DNA from: the human T2T-CHM13v2.0 reference genome, Homo sapiens
Assembly (NCBI RefSeq): GCF_009914755.1
Contig: NC_060928.1
DNA: 64,000 nucleotides
Reading direction: 5' to 3' (one strand)
The position numbers and the translations under genes are program-made. Below are positions 1-11,497 of the stretch, piece after piece (positions within the stretch are counted from its first letter, which is position 1; each line of letters begins with the position of its first letter). The notes below the pieces were generated by a model. The model had not been told where the DNA came from and searched no databases. It was given only the letters and a program-made list of their open reading frames with translations.

Positions 1-1799
1 TGAGACCTGGGGAGCCAGGCCCAGGACACTTACAGGTGGGGATGTGAGCAGGCACCCCAGAGAGTGAGCACCCCAGCCAGCCAGCACCCATCTACTCCCT
101 CACTGGGGTCTAAGTTCAGCCCCGAGAGCTAGGCTGTAGGTGGGTAGAGTCACAGCCCCAGCGCCGGTGTGAGGGGTGGCCCTGGGCCAGGTAGGGTGAG
201 TATCTGCCTGCTGTCATGCCCCATCCACTTCTGCCGCCTCCCCAGTAGAGGACCCCCTCCATTTCACAGATGGGGAAAAGGGGCCCTGTTGTCTGAAGAC
301 TCTCCCATATCCTCCCCTGCCTCTGCCATCCCCTGCTTTGTCCCTTCCCTTCCAGAGGCCCTGCCTTGGTCCTGGTCACTTCCTGGTAGGCACTGGCTCT
401 TCCTCTATGCCTGGGCTCAGGGCCTGGCCACCTAGTTTTCTGACTCCTCCCACTTACTCCCCTCCCCAGTTAACCTCTCTGATCCCAAGTGTGTCTCTCC
501 AGCAGGGAGGAGGGCTATTGCAGCCAGGGATCCCCTTTCTGAGGCTTGGGACCCATTATTGGGCAGCTCTGGGACAGGTGGACGGTGACTTGGCCCACAC
601 TCGGTCCAGCTGCAACCCTGAGAACCCGCTTGGTTTGGCTGTGTCTCCTGGAGGCCCTCAGGTATTTCAACCTGTAGGACCCAAACCCAGTCCTTCACCT
701 GCTGCAGGGCCAGCCCTGGACACCCCTGCCCCTGCCTGATTTGGAGCAGCCAATTCAGCCCCTGTCATTGGACTCTGGCCTCTTGTGCTCAGTACAGAGG
801 GTCAGACCTTGGCCGCCTGCCTGGACAGGGCCAGGTCACCACCACCCACCCCCAGCTCCCTTGGGTTCCCAGCAAGATCCTGTCCTTCCTCTACTCACAG
901 CTTCCTGGGCTCTGGGACCTGGGGTCCAGTCCCCACTCCTCATGGGGAGGAGTCCCCCCACGCCCCAAGCAGTTGACTCCCGCACTGGTGGGGGGTCCGC
1001 TCGCCCTCAAGCTCTGCAGGCCCAGCTTGGTCTCCCCAGCCTCTTCACTTTCTCCACGGCTCCCTCCACCTACCTGGCCCTGAGAGCTCCCCAGGGAAGC
1101 CATTTCCTCCCAGGAAGCCCCTCCTCTTCTCGCCCCTGCCCTTACACCAAGGCATCTGGGCCTACTCTTAGGGAGAGGGTGATGGTGGAGGAAAGGGAGC
1201 CTCAGAGGAGGCCAAGTGTAAAGCACCCGGTCTCCTGTGCCTCCCAGCCCCAAGACGACCTCTGGGCCACCGGAGTCCAGACCTGGTCCAAGAGGCGAGG
1301 TCCCCCTGGGAAGTGCCTGAAAAGTACCCTGGAGGACATTTGGAAACAAAGACAAGGTTCCCTGGTGCCCAGCAAGCCCTCCCCCACCTCCCCTGCTCCT
1401 GTCTTGGCCAGGGCCTAAGTCGCACTCACGGGGCAGGGGTGGGGCCGCCCAGGATCAGGACCACGGGGCTGGGGGGGTGGACAGCGCCCTTTCCACCTGG
1501 GTCGCTGGGCACTGGGGTGTCACTGGGAGGGACACGCAGGAGGGACAGACACGCTACCTCACTCACGGGCGAGAACTAAGCACCTACTGTGGACCCGGCG
1601 TCTAGGCCCGCGACAACGCCAGTCTTCGCCCCCCAGGGGCCTCGTCCCGGGGCCGCGGAGGCCACGTGCAGTTCCCCGCCCACCCTGAGGTACCGGCCCC
1701 GCCCCACGCCCAGCTCGGACCTCCAGGATTGCGGGACCCGCCGGGGAGGGGCGGGGCCGGGGCGGGGCCAGGAGGAGGGCGGACTGGGCGGGCGCGGGC

Positions 1800-1905
1800 G
1801 GGACGGAGCTGCGGCGGCGGCGGGTCCCGCGGGCGGGAGCGCCTGGCGGCCGAGTCAAGCCGCCGCCTCGACCCAGGGCCCGCGGGCCAGGAGAGCGCTC
1901 GGCGG
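1800..1905 (+). other. SH3BP2: SH3BP2 distal non-coding first exon (start approximate)
   Basis: Donor CGG|GTAAGC (GT at 1906-1907) inside the CpG island, no ATG; compatible with splicing to the exon-2 acceptor at 29096. Confidence 0.75.
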
Positions 1906-1910
1906 GTAAG

Positions 1911-2176
1911 CCTCGGCGGCGGGTCTCGGCGGGTCTCGGGGGTCTCGCGGGGGGGCGGTCTCCGCGTCTGGAAGGGGCTCGGCGGGCCTTGGCTGTCTGG
2001 GGGCTCTCGGCGGGTCTCGGGGGTCTCGGGGAGTCTCGGGGTCCCGACAGGTCTCGGCGGGTCTCGGGGGTCTCGGGGGAGTCTCCGGGGAGTCTCAGGG
2101 GTCCCGGCAGGTCTTGGCAGGTCTCGGGGGAGTCTCAGGGTCCCGGCAGGTATGGGCGGGTGTCGGGGGTCTCGGG
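1911..2176. repeat. GC-rich ~10-bp-unit minisatellite (GGGTCTCGGC/GGGTCTCGGG/GAGTCTCGGG/GTCCCGGCAG variants)
   Basis: Reiterated GGTCTCGG cores seen directly after the exon-1 donor. Confidence 0.85.
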
Positions 2177-4180
2177 TGCGCAGCAGCCTCCCCCGGGCCC
2201 CGGGGCCTCCGTGTCCTTGCCAAAGGACGCACGGGGCCTGGGCACGGCGGGCAGTGCCCGAGGGAGCGCGGCTTCGGGGCGGGGGCCGGGTGTCCCTTGC
2301 CGGGGGCTCAGGGGTGGGAGGCGGTGCGACGCGTCTGTTTCGCACCCCTCGCGCCCCTCTGGCCCCGCGGCGGGGCCCCTTTACGCGACCCTCCCCACAA
2401 GACTCAAAGGCTGCGGCGGGCACTCGCTCTCCGCCCTTCCCGGAATCCAAACTTCCCTCTGCAGCGGCCGCGCTTCACGGAGGGCAAGAAAAGCCGCCCA
2501 CTGGCGCTGATTCACACTGAAGTGTGAGTGACTGATAGCCGGGCGTCTGAGACTCTCATGGGCAACAGGGAATCTCAGGGGTGGCAGAGGGACTGGAGGA
2601 GTTAGGGGGCGGGGACAGCCCCTTCCACCTGTACGCTGGCCTCCCTGCAGCCCAGCACTTTCCCGCTGCTCTGGGCCTCGGCTCCCTGGGGGCATTGAGG
2701 GCCTGAGCCCTGCTGTGGGGAGCCTTCTGCTGGTGCTCCTTTCCGTGAGCACCTCCTATCCCCTCTCTGTGCCTCAGTTTGCTCATCTGTTGACACTGGG
2801 GACAGCTGTGCCTCCTGGTCTAGTGGCCACACTTAAGTCCTTCGAATTGGCTGTGGCCAGGGGCGGGTACTCCGTGTGGGCTGCTGGGGTGGACAGCCTG
2901 CCTGGATGACATGTGTGTGGCCTTGCAGGTGACATGGGCCGGTGATGCAATGTGTAGAATTGTTTCCACAACCGCCTGAAGGCAGGGCCCACAGCCTCCT
3001 CCTTGCCGAAGCAAGCCTCTGGGTTCAGGTCAGCCCTGCACCAACTCCATGAGCCTGGACAAGCTCCTGCCCTCACTGGCTCAGGCCCTGTGGGACCAGA
3101 GGAGGGGCTGGGCTCCACCCCCTCCTGGTTCTTCCCACTCTGTCCACTGTCTCCTCTACGTAGACACCGTCGAAGGGCCCTCTTGGAGCCCAACCTCAGG
3201 GCCCCACTCCAGGCACTCCACTCCTGGCAGGACAGGAGGCCTGGGACGAGGGCTGCAAGGGAGTGAGGATTCTGTCTATCCCCTCTCCCTGCCACCCGCC
3301 AGGCTCCCTTTGCCTGGCTCTGTGCCCTGCGTTAGGCACACCCTGGAGGGGGCAGGCAGAAGGAAGACAGATAGGCAGCCGTGTCTAGGAACTGCCAGCC
3401 AGGGCCATCTGGTGAGAGGGGTGCTGACAGGGGACCTGGCCTTTCAGGGAGTCCCCAGGCCTCCAGGATCATGGGGGAGCCCACCAAGGAGGCTGGCCTG
3501 AAGAGGCAGACAGAGGGAGGACAGGCTCTGGGCCTGCCTTGGCCCTTTCTGCCCACATGGACAGAGGAAGCAGGGTGCTGAGTCAGCTGGAGCTCCCCAC
3601 CCCCCAGGGATGCACGCACACAAGCAGGCCCACAGACGGGAAGTCCAGGGGCCCAGAGAGACGAGATGGCCAGCCTTGGTTCCTGAGGGGCAGGGAGGAA
3701 GGGTGCAAACTCAGCCAGGATCTTGGGTGTGAACTCAGATGCCACCAGTTTCCAGCTGTGTGATCATGGCCAGGAGGCTTCCCCCTGCCACCCCTCCGTT
3801 TTCTCATCCATGACCTGAGGGCTGTGAAGCACTTTGTACCTGGTGGGTGGCTATGAGTGTCCGTAGGGGGGATGGTGGTGGTGGTGACATGTGCTTGGTA
3901 TTCAGTGACAGTGGGTCGCTGAGGGTGCTCTCCCTGGTCCTCAGGGCCGCTGTATGTCCTGTTTTGGGTGGGGGCAGGGACTGGCCTGGAGAGGCCTGGG
4001 TAAAGGCCAAGGCTCCCAGGTTCCTGCCCACATTGGACTAAGGCCTGAGTCCATCAGGAGTGGCCAGTGTTGGGCAGCCCCTGGGTCTTCCTGCGTTCTG
4101 TCCTCAAAAGCTCCCTTGTGGGGACACCCCAGGTCAGTGACTATGTGTGGCAGGCTCTGCCCTCCTCACTCTCTGTCCTC

Positions 4181-4247
4181 TCTTGACCTCATGATCTGCC
4201 CACCTCCCAAAGTGCTGGGATTACAGGCGTGAGCCCCCACGCCTGGC
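4181..4247 (-). mobile_element. Alu left-arm 5' fragment
   Basis: CCTCCCAAAGTGCTGGGATTACAGGCGTGAGCC = reverse complement of the Alu 5' end. Confidence 0.85.
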
Positions 4248-7200
4248 AGAGTATATAGTTCTTTAATAACCGGGTGGCTTGGCCATCACTGTGCAGCCTG
4301 GGTGGGTGAGGAGAAGGGCAGGCTGGCGGGGAAAAGACGGGGAATTTGCCACAAGGTGAGAGCTGTCCTACCCCAGACGCAGTGGAGCGGCTCCCACCCC
4401 TCGGGCCAATGAATACAGGGTGGGCCGTCAGGAGGAGGGATCTGAGCCGGGCGGGCAGCCATGCAGGTACAGACAGACTAAGCCAAAGGCGGGCGGTAGG
4501 GAGGGTGGGAGACCAGTTTGACGGGAGTGGCCTTTGCATGCCAGGTGTGGTGAGGGTATGGAGGGGCCTGGGAGGCAAGGAGAAGGGGCCGTGCAGACCC
4601 TGGAATCCTTCCTCCAGGATAGGCGGCTCCTCCCCAGAAGGCCTCTGCATTCTTCTGGTGGCCCTGTCTGGACACCGAGGGGCTGGAGACAGTCCCACGT
4701 GTGGGCTGCCTAAGTCCCAGAGGGGGTGGTAGGGAGCATTTCAGGCTCACTGGCTGGCCCCCTTCCCTGGGGCACTGGACCCTCCTCACCACCCCTTGGC
4801 CTGTGCACGGGAGGGTAGACAGGATGGTGCCAAGAGCAAGGGACTGGCCCTCAGCCACGGGCCAGGAGACCTGAGCCTTGTAGGCGAATTGCACTTCCTG
4901 ACCCTCAGTTTCCTGATCTGCAAAACGGGATGACAGAAGTCCCTGGCTCTGGACCACGCTGCTGGATTTGGGTTCCGTGCCGGGCCCCTGACTACACTCA
5001 TCCTTCAAGGGTGACGCGAGAGAAGCACGTGCCCAGGTTCGGGGCGGGTGGAGACCTGGGTCAGACAGGAGTTCGAGGTGGTGCAGGCTCCCAGGAGGGG
5101 AGAAAGGTGCCCTCCCCCAACCTTCTCTCTTCTCCCCAGGCTCTGTAACTTCCAAGGCCATGAGAGTGGTCAGGCCCTGCTTGGTTTCCCGGCCCCCGAT
5201 CACAGATCGTGCTGGAACTGCTGGCCCCAACGCCCTGAGGTGACTGGCCCTTTCTTCATGGATTCCGGTCACATCTGGTCCATCTTTGTCAGCTGGCCTC
5301 TGGGAAGAATGTGGGCTCGGCCACCTGGAGCAGTTGCCTGGGGAGATCAGAGGAGCCCTGAGGGGTTGGCAGAGCGCCCTCGTGGTATCCATACCCCCAT
5401 CCCTGTAGCTGAGCTGATTCCAAGAAGTGCCCTCTGCTTCCTTGTGAATCAGATGTTTACTGCGCTCCTGCTGAGCCTGCTCCAGGCAGCTGGGTGGGGC
5501 GTAGGGTGCCTGTCTGCTCAAGCCTGCAGAGGGAGGCCAGCTCCCCGCCCCAGGGTCAGCCAGGCTGGCAGGCAACAGCCTCAAGAAGGCAGTGTGCGTG
5601 CCATGGCACACGGGGCTGAGGCCGCGAGGCAGGGGCCGAGGGAAGCGGCACAGAGCTTCTCTCAGGCACCAGAGGGGAGCTGAGTTCTGGGCTCAGAGCA
5701 GGCTTCGTCTGAGGGCTTCAGCGTCCTCCTTGTGAAATGGGGTGAAAGTAGGTCTAACTCATGGGAGGCCAGATCCCCAGGCCCGAGCTAGGGCCTCCCT
5801 GCCCTTGACACTGTGTGAATGGGCAGCTCCGTTTGGGGGAGTTCCTTCAGCCTCGATCCAGGGGTGTTGTAATCTAGTGATGCTCTTCTGTGGCATTTGA
5901 GGGTCCTGGGTCCCCATGCCCTGCAGCCCTGTCCACTGTCCTGAGCTAGGCATAGGGGTGGGCCCTTGCTGCTGGCTGCCCCTGGACAAGGTGGGAAGGG
6001 ATCAGGGGTCATTCTGGGAGCCTGGAATGCTGGGCGGTCCTTGGCTTTTTCTCAGCCTTGGGAATCTGGGGCAGTGGTGCGCCTTTACCACCCACCCTGG
6101 TTTCTGCCTCTGGGGCAGTGGTGGACCTCCTTCAGAAGGCTGCTGCCCAGCCCCGGGCCCCACTCATGCAACACTGGGTGCCTGTGTACTGGGCCCTGGG
6201 CTAGGCATGCACTGCAAGAGCAGACAGGCCACAGGTCAGAGGGCAGGACCGCTGGCAGGTGCCCATGGGTAGCAGCTCACCTGCCTGGCCCACCTTGCCA
6301 CTCTCTCCCTTAGAAGCAATTTCAGCTGAAGACATAAGTGTCTGTCCTGCTTGGTGCTCAGGGTACCCTCCCTGGCCACCCCCAACTCCACCCTGAGCTG
6401 GGTGCCTTCCTGAGCCCCCAGCCTGGTCTATGGCCACCATGCATGTTGACCCATCCATGGTGACCTGTCCGCCTGCCCCTCCTGCTTGGGAACTCAGGAA
6501 GGTCAGGGTCGCGTCTGAGAGCCCATGCCCTGGTGGTGCCCACGTGGGCCTGTCCCAGAGGAAGGGTGAGGGGAGTGCCGGCTCTCCCAGCCTCCCACTC
6601 CTGGGCAGGGAAGTGGCGCGGGCAACGGGCGGGCTGTGCCAAGCTCTTTGAAGGTGGCTTGTCACTCCCCCCACCTGTGTTTAACTCTACTGAGCATCAG
6701 AGCCTAATGTGCCAGTCAGCCTGGCAGCTGCCGCCCAGTTGGTGGAGTTTCCAATCAGATAATATCAGACTGTTGTGCTTTGGTCTCCCACGAAACTCTT
6801 CAGGTTTCCATCACAGCCTCCTCCCTTCCCCCTGCGGGCTGCGCTGTGACAGCCACCGCTGCCTGCCACCCGGCAGCAGGGACCCAGCTGCTTCTGGGCC
6901 TGGTCTCGGTGGCCCTGGCAGCGGTAGATAGGGAGGACCAAAGCCTGGTGAGGAAGAGCCGCCGAGCGGAGTCGGTGTCCCCTGTCCTCTCCCTGAACGA
7001 AAGTGCTTTCTTTCTCTGTAGCTGCTCTTCCTAAACGTGTGTTGGCTTGAGATTGGAGTTAGCCTGGCCTACCTGTGCCACCAGGGCTTTGGGTCCCAAA
7101 GAGCTGGCACCTGAGGCAAGTCCAAGCAAAAGGCCGGATTTCTCACCATTAGGAGGGCAATGGGGAAAGATCCAGAAAAGCTGGCCTGGGAGCCCTGAGT

Positions 7201-10200
7201 GGCAGGTGGGGGTACACAGCCCTGCATGGAGACCAGGCTCAGAGCCAGAGGAGGCAGGCCAGGAAACTCGGCACTCATCTCCTCTCTCGGAAACGCCCCT
7301 CCCTGACCCCAGCTGCTTCCTCTCCTCCTACTCGAGGCCAGAAAGGGAAGCCCCTTTCCAGTGGGGTGAGTGGCTGGCGCTGCCCGAGGCGGTCCGCTGA
7401 TGGCTGGGCAGATAGTGCTGGGGCCTGGCCTGGCAGGCAGATCAGTGGTCAGCAGAGTGAGTTTGACCAGGGCAGAGGGGAAGATGACGGGGGTGCATCC
7501 CCCGAGCTGGGGGAAGTGACTTCCCGTTGCCATCACCTCTTGTGGCCTCAGGCGTTCCCAGGCTGAGTCCTCTAGGAACACAGGTGCTGGGTGGCTCAGG
7601 TGGCTCCACCAGGCCAGGCCGTGTGACCTGGGCATCCTCCGCCTTCTCTGGGCAGGGCAGGGACAGGAAGTGCAGCCTCATGGGATGCGTGAGGGTGAGG
7701 GTGTGCCCATCCAGCTGCTGGGGCGGGGTGTGTGGGAGTGGCCCCCCAGGAGCTGCACGCAGCACGGGGCCTGGGAAACTCCAAAGCCGGCGTCAGGTCA
7801 TCGAGGCCTCCGGGCTGATTAGGACTAATGGCGCTCAGGGGTGCAGCCTCAGCCTCCACCCGCCACCCGTACCCGCCCTGCCTCAGGACTTCGTTCCTGC
7901 TGTACCCCTGCTGGCTGCCTGTCCCCACAGGTGGCTCCTTCCTCCCCACCGGAGGAGCTGCTCCCAGGCGGGACCCTGGGGGTGGAATCTCTGAAATGCC
8001 TTCCCCTCGGGACCCTCACCGCGACTGGACTTCGCTCAGCTTCAGACCCTGGGCTGCAGCTGCCTAATGAGGTGGGATGGGGCCCTGGGTGTGTAAAGTG
8101 GAGGGAGGGGCAGTGGCCACCTCTGAGCCCTGAGCCATCCTGGGGTCCTGGGTGCTGGCTTCAGGAAGGTTTGCTACTTGGGGCAGGGGCTCTCTGAGAT
8201 CAACCTTCCCATTTTCTTGAGGATGTGACCAGGAGGGTGATGTTTTGTGGTCGGGGTGGCTGTGCCTGCCTCTGGGGCAGGAAGTTGCTGGGGAAGGAAG
8301 AAGATTGAGAAAGGACCCCCAACCCCCACCTCTGCAGAGGATCTAGCGGGCCTTGCCCCATGCCAGGGTTCCTGCCGGCTGGCATCAAGGGGACAGCTGT
8401 TCCAGGGCTGGTGTCCTGAGAAGCAGGGGGGACCCACTTGGGACCCAGGCCCCCTCGAAGACCTACCCAGAGCCACCCTTGCGGCAGGCAGGGTCCTGGC
8501 CCTTCCAGTACGAAGCTGGGAAAAGGCAGCACCAAAGATGCCAGGGGCGCCTCACGGATCCCCCCGGGGGGGCCTCCTTGAGGGGGAGCAGGAGGAGGGG
8601 CCAGGCTGAGGGCTCAGGCTGTGTGAAAGACACCCTGGTTTTGAAAAGGGAGAGGGGCTAGAGAGGTGGGGCCCGAGGGCCTGGTGGGGCTTCCAGCAGG
8701 GGCTGGCTTATGTTTTCAAGCTTACTCTGGGGTCTGGAGACCACTGCCGAACATACGCCCTCCAAGCAGTGGCCACAAGAAGACCATGAGGAGCTCGGGC
8801 GGGGTCTGGGGAAAGGGTGGGGGCTGCCACAGACAGAAGTGGGTTCGTCGAGGCTGCAGAAGGCTGGGTGGGAGTGGAGGAGGTGACGTGACCAGGATGG
8901 GGTCGGTGACCCCTGCACAGGGGCTACAGGGGATGAAAGGGGAGGGAGCAGCAGACTGCTGAGATTGGGGTGGCATTGGCCCTGGTGGGACTGACTGTCC
9001 CCGGCTCAGTCTCCCTCCTCCTTGGCTGGCTTTTCTGGCAGACAGTGGCATGGTCCAGAGCTGCCTCCCTGGGGAGGGAAAGGGCATCCCCAAGTCACTC
9101 CTGAGGCTGTGTCCCCAGAGTGTCCACCGGGCTGTGCCACCTCCCTGTCTGGTGCAGCCTGCCCCTGCCTGAGCTGCCCGAGCCTGCCCCGTGGCTGCTT
9201 CCCAGCCAGGAGGAGGCCCTAGGGGCAGACACCGGCGGGCTTGCTTACAGGCCCTGCTGACTCCAGAGTCTTACTGCCACCCGAGCAGTACGTGGAGGTG
9301 CTTGTCCTGTGACCGCCCCCCCCCCCGGGCTGATGACGGGCCAGGTGGCACTTCACCTGGGGGCTCTGGGGAGGCTGTCTCGGGCTCCCGTGCCAGGGGT
9401 GGGTGCAGGGAGGCTGGGCAGGCAGGAGAGCTCAGGCCTCGGCTCCCACGGGTCTGGGGCTGTGGTGGTTGGGGACCCTAACTAGAGCCATTCACCCCTC
9501 TGAGGAAGGACCTGGCCTGGAGCGCCATCCCCAGGGAGCAGTAAGGGCATTGGGGGTGTCTTGGGGTGACCTGGCCGGGGGCAGAAGGCCAGGCGGGAGT
9601 TTGCAGGTGGGGAACGGCTGGAGGAACTCGTGGAACAGCCTGAGAGGTGTCCGGCGAGGTAGGGCATGGGTGGCCTTGAGCCCTGAGGCTGAGCGGAGCT
9701 GTCTTTGAGAGCCACCTCTGCTGAGGCTGCAGCAGAAAGGCTGTGACAGGCTGGCTCCGAGGGAGGAAGGAGCTGGGCTGTGGGCGGCCTGGCCTTGGGA
9801 AGGGGGCTGGACAGTTGCATGGTTGGGGGCGGAGAGGAGGAGACCCTGATCCAGACTCCACCCCTGCCTGTCTTGACCGCGGAGGACCGGGGCCCAGACT
9901 GCAGGGGTGCAGAGAGCCTGCGGCAGAGGCTGGGGGCTGGGCTCCTTTCCCGGCAGGCCGGGCCCACCGCCAGACCCTTGTCCTCACTGGGCCTCTCTGA
10001 ACAGTGGAGCGTTGTGAGGGGCCTGGGAACGTTCAGGTCACCCAGGCCCCCTCTGGGCCACGCTGAGGGTGAGGACAGGAGCCAGCGGGCATGAGTCATC
10101 CTGTCCCCTGCCCGGGCCCCGAGGCTCTGGGGTTCCCAGGCTGAGGAGGAACACACAGCTCTCGGTTCCCCAACCCGGGGTCTGGCCCACTCCTTCTTCC

Positions 10201-10477
10201 TTCTTTTTGCCTCTCTGTCAGCACCTCTTCCTGTTGCCTCCCTCTTGCTCCTGGGCCTGCCTGCATCTCCCTTCCCCTGTCCGGCCAGAGACCCCGGCCT
10301 GGGAGTGGCTGTGGCCTGCTCTCCCACCCCGATGCCTGCTGCAGCCCCAGCAGAGGGGCTGGCCTGTCGCCTTGAGCCCACCTGTGCCGGCCTGTGAGTG
10401 GCCCCAGGAGGAAGCCAGCGCAAGGACAAGACCCAGCCTAGACAGGAAACCTCCTGAGGCCAACCTAAAATTTACTA

Positions 10478-11167
<690 letters not shown>

Positions 11168-11222
<55 letters not shown>

Positions 11223-11497
11223 ATATATGTGTGTGTATATATGTGTATGTGTATATATATGTGTATATGTATATATATGTTTGTATATATGTGTATATAT
11301 ATATGTATGTGTGTGTGTATATATATGTGTATATATGTATATATGTGTATATGTATATATATGTTTGTATATATGTGTATATATGTGTATATATGTGTAT
11401 GTATGTGGTGTGTGTATATATATATGTATATGTGTGTGTGTGTGTGTATATATATATGTATATATGTATGTATGTATATCTATATACACACACACAC
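11168..11497. repeat. Compound (TG)n/(TA/TG)n/(CA)n microsatellite
   Basis: Pure (TG) run at ~11172-11217, then alternating TATG/TGTA tract ending in (CA)n; grows out of the Alu tail. Confidence 0.95.

Larger units (their letters stand above)
1590..2550. promoter_or_regulatory. SH3BP2: CpG island / distal promoter of SH3BP2
   Basis: Very high GC and CpG density; clustered GGGCGG (Sp/KLF) boxes at 1745-1802; ends in a consensus donor. Confidence 0.85.

Noticed and set aside
1602-2527. Long overlapping ORFs (282/284 aa) on both strands
   Set aside because: Stop-poor CpG island and minisatellite; low-complexity R/G/P translation with no domain.
4478-5611. 377-aa minus-strand ORF
   Set aside because: No recognisable motif; expected by chance in GC-rich intronic DNA.
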